A stretch of DNA of 64,000 nt from assembly GCA_040290255.1 (NCBI GenBank), contig PSMU01000001.1, positions 1 to 64,000 on the forward strand, given 5' to 3'. The stretch's first letter is position 1; each line of letters opens with the position of its first letter. The notes below the pieces were generated by a model that was not told where the DNA came from, searched no databases, and saw only the letters and a list, made by a program, of their open reading frames with translations. Made by a program: the position numbers and the translations under genes. This DNA comes from Nitrososphaerota archaeon. GTDB taxonomy: Archaea > Thermoproteota > Nitrososphaeria > PSMU01. Shown piece after piece: positions 1-8,335 of the stretch.

Positions 1-62
1 GAGAGCGGCGGTCGACCGGTGCTCTTAGTCACATCCCCAAACCTGCAGGCGCTCCTAGAGCC

Positions 63-948
63 ATGGCGAGGACAGGGTGCACCGTATTATTGCTGGAGCC
101 CGCCGCGCCCGTTGCCTACGAGGCCAGAGGTGGATGGCCGGGCACCTATGACACGGACTCCGCCGCCCTGACGAAGACCTTCGTCAAAAAGCACGCCATA
201 TTTCTCACAGGCGGCGACGTCTTCGGCTTTGCCGTGGCCAAGGGCATAAGGGATTTTCTCCTCGAGACGGCCAGGGCTGAGAAAAAGGGGCGCCGGCAGG
301 CTGCCGGGCGTTGTGGGCGCCAACATCTACGATCTGGAGGCGGCCAATATCGAGGGCGTAGATTATAGGTCGTTGGGCTATCGCGCCTGCACGGGGGCAT
401 CAGCGAGGCCCGTTCGCCAAGGCAGCGTGGGCGCGGGCCTGGGGGCCACGGTGGGCAAGTTCCTTGGCCTAGGCAGGACTTCGAAGGGAGGGGTGGGCTC
501 CGCGCTGAAGAGGCTTCCGACCGGCCACCTGATGGGGGCCCTGGTAGTCACTAACTGTGTGGGAAATGTCTACGACATAGCCACCGGCCGCTGCCTGGCC
601 GGCGCCCGAAGAGATGAGAAGGGGTTCTACGAGTTCGACGAGGTGGCCGCGGAGTACATAATGGCGCGCCGGGGCAGGGGGACCACTATAGGCGTCGTCG
701 CGACCGATGCGGGCCTGACCCACGAGCAGCTCATGAAGCTGGCCATGGCAGCACATGATGGCCTAGCTATGGCCTTTCGTCCCTGCCACATGAGCGTAGA
801 CGGCGATACCTTCTTCGCCGTTTCCACCGGCCCACGACCCAAGGAGCTGGCCTACCCTCTGCTGGACGTGCTTTGCTATGCCGCCGCCCTCTGCGTAGCC
901 GAAGCCGTCAGGAGGAGCATATTGAAACGCCGCCGGGCTCTTCGCTAA
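63..948 (+). pseudogene. P1/S58 (DmpA-like) peptidase, split by a frameshift near 281-290
   Basis: ORF 63-368 has TGCTV..RGGWPGTYDT..HAIFLTGG and ORF 313-948 has GANIYDL..GSVGAGLGAT..TTIGVVAT..DGDTFF, the two halves of one family. The frame changes near the AAAAAGGGG run. May be a sequence error rather than a true pseudogene. Confidence 0.75.
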
Positions 949-968
949 ACGGCCGCGGGCGCTCAGTC

Positions 969-1475
969 TCACCACCGCTCAAAGTGCAGCAGTTCCTCGA
1001 GCGGCCGCCGTAGGAGCTTCCCCCTGGGCGCTCTGGGCGCCGCGAAGCCGAAGGCTATGCAGACCTGCACGACATATCCCTCGGGCACGCCCAAGAAGCG
1101 CCTTGCACCCTCCTGATTGTGAAGCGAGATGGGACAAGAGCCAAGGCCCAGCATATGGGCGGCCAGCATCATGTTCTGGGCCGCGCGTCCCGCATCGAAG
1201 GGGTCCTGAAAGTATTCATCACTTCTCACGATCACGACCCCGAAGGCCGCCCTGGCAAGGTGCTGCGCCGACTGGCCAAACCTGGAAAGCGCAGCCAGCC
1301 TTTCTGGATCACGCACCAAGATGAAGGACCACGGTTGCCTGTTCTTCGCGCTGCCCGCCACCCTCCCCGCCTCCAGCACCTCCATGACCAGCTCCTCGGG
1401 CACGGGCCTTGGCAGGTACTCCCTAACCTCACGTCTGGACATAAGAAGCCTAAGGCACTCGTCCGCGGGGGCCAC
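969..1475 (-). CDS. Nitroreductase family protein
   Basis: SRREVREY..PVPEE, GSAKNRQPWSF and AAQNMMLAAHMLGLGSC motifs. Start moved to GTG 1475 because the longer ORF overlaps a divergent promoter. Confidence 0.88.
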   Translation of the reverse strand: MAPADECLRLLMSRREVREYLPRPVPEELVMEVLEAGRVAGSAKNRQPWSFILVRDPERLAALSRFGQSAQHLARAAFGVVIVRSDEYFQDPFDAGRAAQNMMLAAHMLGLGSCPISLHNQEGARRFLGVPEGYVVQVCIAFGFAAPRAPRGKLLRRPLEELLHFERW

Positions 1476-1572
1476 GGGGCCTCCTGGCGTGCCCTCTTTA
1501 TAACGTCGCCAGCGCGCCCCTACCGGTCGGGTTTCGCAAAGCCTTATAAGCGCACTTCGCTGGAACTGCTTA

Positions 1573-1713
1573 ATGCCCAAGAAAAAGGGAGAGGAAGAGG
1601 AGAAGAAGAAGCGCTACTACTATTATACAAAACAGGAAAAGAAGGCCACGAAGGTAGTTAAGAAGGCAAAGGGAAAGGCAGCCCGCGGCAAAGCGGGCAA
1701 GAAGGCCGAATAG
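1573..1713 (+). CDS. Small lysine-rich protein (46 aa), not in ORF track
   Basis: ATG..TAG reads MPKKKGEEEEKKKRYYYYTKQEKKATKVVKKAKGKAARGKAGKKAE. TATA-like TTATAA lies about 25 nt upstream and the ORF fills the intergenic gap. Confidence 0.7.
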   Translation: MPKKKGEEEEKKKRYYYYTKQEKKATKVVKKAKGKAARGKAGKKAE

Positions 1714-1715
1714 CG

Positions 1716-2492
1716 CTAGGGCCTCAGGAAGAGGGGAAGGCAGCGAGCGTCGCTTATAGGGTCAAAGCTTTCTAGCTCATCGCGCTTTAACGGTATTACT
1801 ATGCGTGTAACCATGGCATGAAGGCTATAGGGTAGCCGGATCAGCCTCATGCTCCCCTCCGTAACCCATACATCGATGGGATAGCCGCGCTCCTTCAGCT
1901 CCCGTGCCAGGCGCCTCCTATCTGACCGGGAAAGGCGAAAGGCCCCTTCATCGAAGACATGCACATGATATCCCCTTCCTGAGTACACGACCCTAACCTC
2001 AGAGAAGGAGCGCGCAAGCTCGTCATATAGCCTGGCGGCCGCGGCCCGCACCATATTGAGCTCCAGCTCACAAAAGCCCAGGCCCTGGCCCACCCTCATC
2101 TTGTCGCCGAGTGAGCCGTGGATGGGACAAACGGTGTTTTCGGGGTCCAAGTCGAAGGCCAGCTCTTGGCCCTCGGGCCCCCTTCTGCCATAGACGTTCC
2201 TATCGTAGTAAACGGACTCCGGCCTGAGCTCCACCAGCAGCCGCCGAAGGTCTTCCGGCCCCTTATAGTCATCGATCAGGAGCGTGGTGCTTGCCTCGCC
2301 GCGGAACTTCCTAGGGAAGATCTTCGTATGCCTGCCTATCACGGCCGCGAAGACAGGACGGGCCAGCGGGGCGACCCAGGCGAAGGCCCTCTGCAGATCA
2401 AACTCGCGCCTATAAAAGCTCGCCCTCTCCTTTAAGGTTGAGTACCGCATCCCCGCAGGCAGGAGATATCTGGGCCTGCCCAACTCCGTCAC
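1716..2492 (-). CDS. Archaeo-eukaryotic primase (PriS-like) domain protein
   Basis: AEP motifs ELAFDLD, VYSGRGYHVHV and RLIRLPYSLH, plus a CPIH..C putative Zn site. Confidence 0.85.
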   Translation of the reverse strand: MTELGRPRYLLPAGMRYSTLKERASFYRREFDLQRAFAWVAPLARPVFAAVIGRHTKIFPRKFRGEASTTLLIDDYKGPEDLRRLLVELRPESVYYDRNVYGRRGPEGQELAFDLDPENTVCPIHGSLGDKMRVGQGLGFCELELNMVRAAAARLYDELARSFSEVRVVYSGRGYHVHVFDEGAFRLSRSDRRRLARELKERGYPIDVWVTEGSMRLIRLPYSLHAMVTRIVIPLKRDELESFDPISDARCLPLFLRP

Positions 2493-2541
2493 GGGTTAAG
2501 GGCGCTGCTGGGCGCTCCTGTGCAAGATGTTCCCGCCGAGC

Positions 2542-2703
2542 CTATCCACCGCCCAGCGTGTCACAGGCGCACCAGCCGAACTCATCAATCCTAGAGTTAC
2601 ACACGGGACACACGTCATCATCGTGATACTTTACCTCCGAGGCCCTTTTTCCGAAGAGCTTAAGGTGGTAGTCGACCTCATCTTCCGCGCGCACATACAC
2701 CAT
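2542..2703 (-). CDS. Small Cys-rich zinc-finger protein (53 aa)
   Basis: MVYVRAEDEVDYHL..CPVC..GWCAC; ATG start at 2703 with TATA-like element about 25-30 nt upstream. Confidence 0.7.
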   Translation of the reverse strand: MVYVRAEDEVDYHLKLFGKRASEVKYHDDDVCPVCNSRIDEFGWCACDTLGGG

Positions 2704-2805
2704 CAAGACCCTATGGTGGCGTACTTCGTATTTAATCGTATCTGGCCTCGCGGCGCCGCCCCTCAAGGGCAAAGTCTTTTAGGGGCTCGTGCGTGATGCC
2801 GCTGC

Positions 2806-4017
2806 TTGCTATCGGCCCTTGAGCTGGACAGGAAGGTCGCCCAAGCTAGGGAGAGGCTGCTGAACGTCGTCCACAAAACGCCGCTGGATTACTCGAATAC
2901 GTTCTCCTCATTGCTGGGAGGCAGGGTCTACCTCAAGCTCGAGAACCTCCAGAAGACGGGCTCCTTTAAGGTGAGGGGGGCCTACTTTAAGATCAGCGCG
3001 CTGGGCCCTGAAGTTAAGCAGGTGGTCACGGCCTCCGCGGGCAACCATGCACAGGGCGTGGCCTACGCCTCCAAGCTCCTGGGCAAAAGGGCCGTCGTCT
3101 TTATGCCCACCACGGCCGCCCTTTCCAAGATAAGGGCCGTGGAGGCCTACGGGGCCCAAGTGGAGCTCACCGGGCAGCTCTTCGATGATGCATATGAGGC
3201 GGCGCTGGCCTACGTCAGGGAGAAGGGAGGAGCCTTCATACATCCCTTCGACGACTACGACATCATAGCCGGCCAGGCCACCGTAGGTTTAGAGATACTC
3301 GAAGAGGCCGTGCCTGAGCTGGTGGTCGTGCCCATCGGCGGAGGCGGCCTGATCTCCGGCATAGCATATGCGCTCAAAAGGAGGCTGGGCTCGAACGTAA
3401 GGATAATAGGCGTTCAGTCCGAAGCCGCGCCCACGTTCTACGAAGCCCTCAAGCGGGGGACGACGCAGAGGATTACACCGAAGCCCACCATAGCCGACGG
3501 CATAGTAACCAAGCAGGTGGGCGAGCTCACCCTGCGGATGGTCTCCCAGTACGTGGACGATATAGTGCTCGTCAGCGATGATGAGATAGCCAGGGCCATC
3601 TTCCTGCTGCTCGAAAGGTGTAAGGTCCTTGCCGAGGGGGCCGGCGCGGCCTCGCTGGCGGCCATGCTTTCACATAAGGTCGAGGTTCAGGGCAAGAGCG
3701 CCGTGGCCGTCATCAGCGGCGGTAACCTGGACCTGACACTGCTCCAGAAGCTGCTGCTCAGGGAGATGATGGCAGAGGGGAGGATAGCCAGGATCAGGGG
3801 CGAGGTGCTCGACAGGCCGGGCGAGCTCAGCAGGGTGCTGGCGCTTCTCGCCTCCTTTCGCTGCAACGTGCTGGATATATGGCACGACAGGGTTGAAAGC
3901 GCCCTGAGGCCCGGCTGGGCCGTGGTAACGATCTTATTCGAGCAGCCGGCCCCTGATACGGCTAGGCGCCTTATAGCGCGCCTGGCCGAAGAGGGCTATA
4001 GGTTCGACCTTGACTAG
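2806..4017 (+). CDS. ilvA: Threonine ammonia-lyase with C-terminal ACT domain
   Basis: LKLENLQKTGSFKVRGA PLP lysine motif, SAGNHAQG, PIGGGGL, DRPGEL ACT domain. Confidence 0.95.
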   Translation: MLSALELDRKVAQARERLLNVVHKTPLDYSNTFSSLLGGRVYLKLENLQKTGSFKVRGAYFKISALGPEVKQVVTASAGNHAQGVAYASKLLGKRAVVFMPTTAALSKIRAVEAYGAQVELTGQLFDDAYEAALAYVREKGGAFIHPFDDYDIIAGQATVGLEILEEAVPELVVVPIGGGGLISGIAYALKRRLGSNVRIIGVQSEAAPTFYEALKRGTTQRITPKPTIADGIVTKQVGELTLRMVSQYVDDIVLVSDDEIARAIFLLLERCKVLAEGAGAASLAAMLSHKVEVQGKSAVAVISGGNLDLTLLQKLLLREMMAEGRIARIRGEVLDRPGELSRVLALLASFRCNVLDIWHDRVESALRPGWAVVTILFEQPAPDTARRLIARLAEEGYRFDLD

Positions 4018-4531
4018 CGGGCCCTTCCCTTGGCGAGAGCTCGCATCAAGGCTCTACAAGCGCGAAGAGGAGGCGGACGCGGCCGTGGCGCTGATCATAG
4101 AGAAACGAGGGCCCAGCGTCCTGCTGATCAAGAGGACCGACAGGAGGGGCGATCGCTGGGCCGGGCAGATAGGGCTCCCGGGCGGGTTTCGCCGGCCCAG
4201 CGACGCAGGGGCCTTGCAAACGGCCCTGAGGGAGGCCAAGGAAGAGGTGGGCCTTGACCTTAAAGCGCTGGCGCTTTACCTAGGCCACCTGTCGCCCCAT
4301 AGCCCCAAGAATAGGCCGGACGTTAGGGTTCTCCCGTTCGTATTCCTCGTCGAAGGCGTGAAGGAGCTAAGCTGCGATCCCCAGGAGGTGCAGGAAGCGA
4401 GATGGGTGCCCCTCGGCGAGCTAAGGCCCGCGGAGGATGCGTTTATCTATCGGGACTGGCGCATCTGGGGCCTCACGGCCAGGATCTTAACGGATCTAAG
4501 GCGCCTTCTCGGATTCCCGGATGAGCCTTAG
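4010..4531 (+). CDS. Nudix hydrolase, CoA pyrophosphatase-like
   Basis: WAGQIGLPGG, ALREAKEEVGL Nudix box, IWGLTARIL. Confidence 0.9.
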   Translation: MTSGPFPWRELASRLYKREEEADAAVALIIEKRGPSVLLIKRTDRRGDRWAGQIGLPGGFRRPSDAGALQTALREAKEEVGLDLKALALYLGHLSPHSPKNRPDVRVLPFVFLVEGVKELSCDPQEVQEARWVPLGELRPAEDAFIYRDWRIWGLTARILTDLRRLLGFPDEP

Positions 4532-4804
4532 CGTGCCCCACTTGCCCACGCTCAGCTGCAGCTCGCCCTTGAAGGTCCTTACATAGCCGTTCTCTATCAC
4601 TACCTCGTCCCCGGGGCTAACCCTGTCGATATCCTCGTTCCAGAGCACCAGCGTTATCTTGCCGCTCTCATCCTCCAGCTCGAACTCACCCACCTTGGCC
4701 GGCTCCCCTGACCTAAGCGTGACGTCCCTTATGCCTATCTGCCTCGTTATCGTTCCCCTGACGGTCACCTTTCCCATGCCATCCCTAAGGTCCGTGATCC
4801 GCAA
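4496..4804 (-). CDS. ssb: Single OB-fold single-stranded DNA-binding protein
   Basis: LEDESGKITLVLWN..GDEVVIENGYV..FKGELQLSVGKWG. Confidence 0.88.
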   Translation of the reverse strand: MRITDLRDGMGKVTVRGTITRQIGIRDVTLRSGEPAKVGEFELEDESGKITLVLWNEDIDRVSPGDEVVIENGYVRTFKGELQLSVGKWGTLRLIRESEKAP

Positions 4805-4853
4805 CTCCCTGCGGCCATGAAGGCGGAGGGCACCATATTTAACCTTTGTAGAG

Positions 4854-5351
4854 CTAAGGCCTGCCCTGGCTGTTCGCCCAGGCCTTTAACAAGGCCTCCT
4901 GGTGGGGCTCGATGGCGCCCGGGCAGGCCTTCCTTACATGAGTTATGGCCTGCTGCATGCCGTAGCCCCTCCTGCTCCAGAGGTAGTAGGCCAGCGCCGT
5001 GCCGCTCCTCCCCTGCCCCGCCGAGCAGTGCACCACCACGCCGAGGCCCCTGCTCCTGCCTTCATCGATCAGCGCCGCGATCCTTTCGAGCAGCTCAAGG
5101 CTGGGCACCTGGTGGTTCTTTATGGGCATGTGATGGTGCTCTAGGCCGGCCTCGTGCACCTTGGCGCGATTGGGCGGCTCAACCGTAAGGCTGATCAGCA
5201 GCGCGAACCCCCTGCGCCTTAGCCACCTAAGGGCCCTAAGGCTTGTGGGCTTAGAGGCCCCGGCCAGGCCCTCGCCCACTTCATAAAAGCGATAGGGCCG
5301 CCCCGCTAAAAGCTCGAAGAGCAGCCTCGCCCAGTCGCCGTAGGACTCCAA
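4854..5351 (-). CDS. Dual-specificity / protein-tyrosine phosphatase
   Basis: VHCSAGQGRSG (HCX5R) P-loop. Confidence 0.9.
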   Translation of the reverse strand: MESYGDWARLLFELLAGRPYRFYEVGEGLAGASKPTSLRALRWLRRRGFALLISLTVEPPNRAKVHEAGLEHHHMPIKNHQVPSLELLERIAALIDEGRSRGLGVVVHCSAGQGRSGTALAYYLWSRRGYGMQQAITHVRKACPGAIEPHQEALLKAWANSQGRP

Positions 5352-5353
5352 GC

Positions 5354-5821
5354 CTAGATCGTGAAGTTCCCGGCCAGCACCACGACCGTGGCCCTCATGA
5401 AGGGGTGCGGGATACAGTGGTACGGGTAGGTGCCCGGCGTCGTGAAGGTGTAGTTCCAGCTCTGCCCGGGGTTCAGCAGGCCGGAATCGAACTTACCATC
5501 ATCGCTGGTGACCGTATGGACCACGATGTCGTCATTAGTCCAGATGATCGTGTTGTTGACCCCCAGCACGACGACGATCGTCGATGGTATGTAGCGCTCG
5601 GGCAGTGGGGCATTGGGCACGCCGGCGTCCACGGGTATCTTGACCCTTACGAACCCGGGCGGGCTGCAGATGACGGGGTACTTCTCACAGGGGTTGGCCT
5701 GCTTTGGCAGGGCCGGCAGGTAAGCCAGCTGATAGAAGGCCAGGCCGACGATGCTCGCCACGATGATGAGGCTGAGCAGGGGACCCGCCTCAAGGGCCCT
5801 AGGAGGGGGGTTCTTGGCCAT
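5354..5821 (-). CDS. Membrane-anchored plastocyanin/cupredoxin blue copper protein
   Basis: N-terminal TM helix; WTNDDIVVHTV and YHCIPHPFM give type-1 Cu ligands H, C, H, M. Confidence 0.92.
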   Translation of the reverse strand: MAKNPPPRALEAGPLLSLIIVASIVGLAFYQLAYLPALPKQANPCEKYPVICSPPGFVRVKIPVDAGVPNAPLPERYIPSTIVVVLGVNNTIIWTNDDIVVHTVTSDDGKFDSGLLNPGQSWNYTFTTPGTYPYHCIPHPFMRATVVVLAGNFTI

Positions 5822-5843
5822 GCCAGCCTCTTAGAATGGGTGG

Positions 5844-6191
5844 CTATGCCGCGAAGGAGTGGCCGCAGGCGCACGTGTGCCGGACGTTGGGGTTCTCGAT
5901 CCTGAAGCCTGAGCCCATCAGCGATTCCACGTAGTCGATCTCAGCCCCCTTCAGGTAGCCCAAGCTCACCGGGTCGACCACCAGCTTCACCCCCTGCTCC
6001 TCGAACACGAGATCGTCCTCCTCGGGCTTCTCCTCGAGGGCCATGCCGTACGTCAAGCCCGCGCAGCCTCCGCCGCTCACGTAGACCCTCAGGTAAAGTT
6101 CCGCCCCGTTAGCCTCCTTAGCCATGAACTCCTTGACCTTCTGCGCGGCCAAGGGAGTAAGGGCGATCAGCTTCTCGCTCAGCTTCTCCAC
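5844..6191 (-). CDS. A-type Fe-S carrier (IscA/ErpA/HesB)
   Basis: GGGCAGLTYGM and NPN..TCACGHSF. Confidence 0.93.
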   Translation of the reverse strand: MEKLSEKLIALTPLAAQKVKEFMAKEANGAELYLRVYVSGGGCAGLTYGMALEEKPEEDDLVFEEQGVKLVVDPVSLGYLKGAEIDYVESLMGSGFRIENPNVRHTCACGHSFAA

Positions 6192-6242
6192 GCTGCGGTC
6201 GTCCGCCTCTCCGTTATAAAAGCGTATCGTAGCGCCAATAGC

Positions 6243-6581
6243 CTAGGCCCGCGGGCCTCCCTCAGGGAAGGATAGCAGCACCTCGATGCTTTTCTCATCC
6301 AGCCTTAGAACTAAGGCCTGAGGTGGGGAGCCGAAGAAGGACGAGGCCAGCCTGGCCAGCTCCGCCTTGTAGCTTTGCGCGGGTGGGCAGACGGGGAGCG
6401 CGCGCACCTTCAGGCCCTGGGCCTTCACGTAGCGAAGGAAGCGCACGAAGGCCTGCGCATCGCCCGGGTCGAGGCCCTTATCCTCGCAGAGCGCTGTCCA
6501 GACGTCTATGATGTTGTTATAGGCCACCCTCCTAGCCAGGGCCCGAAGGCCATTCCCCGGCCTAACCTGCGCGTTGGCCAT
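6243..6581 (-). CDS. Conserved hypothetical protein
   Basis: 112 aa ORF tightly packed in the minus-strand run, 4 nt downstream of the GAF gene. Confidence 0.65.
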   Translation of the reverse strand: MANAQVRPGNGLRALARRVAYNNIIDVWTALCEDKGLDPGDAQAFVRFLRYVKAQGLKVRALPVCPPAQSYKAELARLASSFFGSPPQALVLRLDEKSIEVLLSFPEGGPRA

Positions 6582-6585
6582 GTCC

Positions 6586-7032
6586 TTAGAGCAGCGCGCT
6601 CAGGTATTCCGCCAGCTGCTTCAGCAGCTCCACGTCCCTCTCCCCAAAGGCCGCCAGCTGCTCGCTGTCTATATCGAGCTCCGCCACGACCCTCCCGTCC
6701 CTGAAGATAGGAACCACGAGCTCCGATTTAGTCTCGGGAAAGCAGGCGATATACCTCCTATCCCTGCTCACGTCGGGCACGTTTTCGACCTTGCCCGAGA
6801 GGGCGGCCGCGCCGCAGATGCCGGCGCCCAGCGGTATGCGCACATGCTGCGTGGGCCTATCCCCCCTCCAAGCCCTCAGCGCCAGCTGTCCGCCTTCGAC
6901 GGCGTAAACGCCGACCCAATCGTACCTAGGAACCCGCCTGAGCAGCTCCAGCACCCTCTCCAGCGCCTGCTGTGGGTCCCGAGCGTTGCGGACAATCTCC
7001 TTGGCCTGGGAGAGCACATCAGCGAGCTCCAA
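6586..7032 (-). CDS. GAF-domain protein, free methionine-R-sulfoxide reductase (MsrC-like)
   Basis: YDWVGVY, GICGAAA, YIACFPETKSELVVPI, ELDIDS. Confidence 0.88.
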   Translation of the reverse strand: MELADVLSQAKEIVRNARDPQQALERVLELLRRVPRYDWVGVYAVEGGQLALRAWRGDRPTQHVRIPLGAGICGAAALSGKVENVPDVSRDRRYIACFPETKSELVVPIFRDGRVVAELDIDSEQLAAFGERDVELLKQLAEYLSALL

Positions 7033-7078
7033 GCCAGAACGCTGGCTGCGGTTCGCTTATTTTAGGCTTCCGCCCGCG

Positions 7079-7177
7079 CGCCGGGGGTGGGATTTGAACC
7101 CACGCGGCCCGTTCGGGCCATGGGCTCTCTGCAGGGTATAGCAAGCCCACGCGCTAACCAGGCTACGCGACCCCGGC
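7079..7177 (-). tRNA. tRNA-Ser(GCT) with 12-nt intron at 37/38 (7127-7138)
   Basis: GCCGGGG/CCCCGGC acceptor stem, G73, long variable arm, GGTTCAAATCC T-loop; anticodon arm TGGGC-TT-GCT-A[TACCCTGCAGAG]A-GCCCA. Confidence 0.92.
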
Positions 7178-7201
7178 ACCTGCGAGAGGGCAGCAGCTCA
7201 T

Positions 7202-8272
7202 TTAAGCTTTAGGCCGACCCAAGCTTTCGATGGCGGCCACGAGGGCGGCGATGGGATCCTTCATGGCCCTCGCCAGGGCCCTGCCCCTTTCGCTCAGCCT
7301 CTGCCTCAGGCGCGCATCCTCGAGCACCATGTCCAAAAGGCGCCTAAGCTGCTCCTCGTCCCTGGCCCTCAGCACACAGCCCCTCCGCACCAGGAAGCGC
7401 TCTATCAGCGTGGGCGTTCCGGGGTATGCCGAGATCGAGGGCACGCCCAAGAGCGCGGCCTCGGCGGTCATCGTGCCCCCCATGCCCACAAATGCCTTAG
7501 CCTTGAGCAGCAGCGAGGGCGCGAACACCACGCTTCGCAGGATCCTGACGTTCCCCTGATGCGCAAGCCTCCTGACCAGCTCCTCCGCCTCCTGCTCATA
7601 TCTGGGCAGGACCACGAACCTCTGGGCCTTATGTTGCGCGGCCAGGCCGGATAGTAGCGATGCTACATCGAGCGTGATGCCCCTGAGGTATGAAGAGGCC
7701 AGCTCCGGCGTCCTGATGAGCACGAAGCCCTCCGGCTCCTCGGGCCCCCTCCGGAACAGGGGCTGCAGCTCCCCGAGCCTCAGGAGCCAGGCCATGGGAT
7801 CGAGGGCCCTGTAGGGCCTAAACTGGGCCCTCCTGATGCCGTAGGGCGCCCAGGCTCTGTATGGAATCACCCAGGGCGAGAGCAGCAGCGCGGAGAGCGG
7901 GATGGTCAGCCTCGCTACGTGCTCGGCATGAGGTGAGTCGTTCACCGCGATGTGAGGGATGCCGAGCCCGTAGGCAACCCTCGCGCATTCGGGGGATGAG
8001 AAGGAGAGCGCCAGGTGGGGCGCGAAGCGCTTCACCGCGGGAAGCAGCGCCAGGCATCTGTGGAGGCTCGCCTCGAGCTTGTGCTCCAGGCCCGCGCCCG
8101 CATAAGTACCCATGACGCTGGCTTCAACGCCCAGCAGCTCCAGAAGCCCCCGTACCTCCCGGTGCTCGCGCGTCGTAAGCAGCACCTCATGCCCCGCGCG
8201 CAGCAGCTCGCGGCGCAGGGGGTAAAGGAAGAGCACCTGCTTGGGCGTGAGCACATCCAGCCAGATGCGCAA
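7202..8272 (-). CDS. DUF354 family GT-B-fold protein
   Basis: MRIWLDVLTPKQ..F, NDSPHAE, GGTMTAEAALLGVPSIS. Confidence 0.88.
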   Translation of the reverse strand: MRIWLDVLTPKQVLFLYPLRRELLRAGHEVLLTTREHREVRGLLELLGVEASVMGTYAGAGLEHKLEASLHRCLALLPAVKRFAPHLALSFSSPECARVAYGLGIPHIAVNDSPHAEHVARLTIPLSALLLSPWVIPYRAWAPYGIRRAQFRPYRALDPMAWLLRLGELQPLFRRGPEEPEGFVLIRTPELASSYLRGITLDVASLLSGLAAQHKAQRFVVLPRYEQEAEELVRRLAHQGNVRILRSVVFAPSLLLKAKAFVGMGGTMTAEAALLGVPSISAYPGTPTLIERFLVRRGCVLRARDEEQLRRLLDMVLEDARLRQRLSERGRALARAMKDPIAALVAAIESLGRPKA

Positions 8273-8335
8273 CGGGCACGCGTAGCACCCTACTTTTTAA
8301 TATTCGCTTTCCCGCGGGTAGGCGAAGGCGCGAAG

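Noticed and set aside
275-300. Programmed -1 ribosomal frameshift in the peptidase
   Set aside because: The required shift is +1 and the run is not a proper X XXY YYZ heptamer in frame.
8015-8335. N-terminal extension of the 468-aa ORF
   Set aside because: It overlaps the DUF354 gene antisense and its promoter; ATG 8336 is the plausible start.
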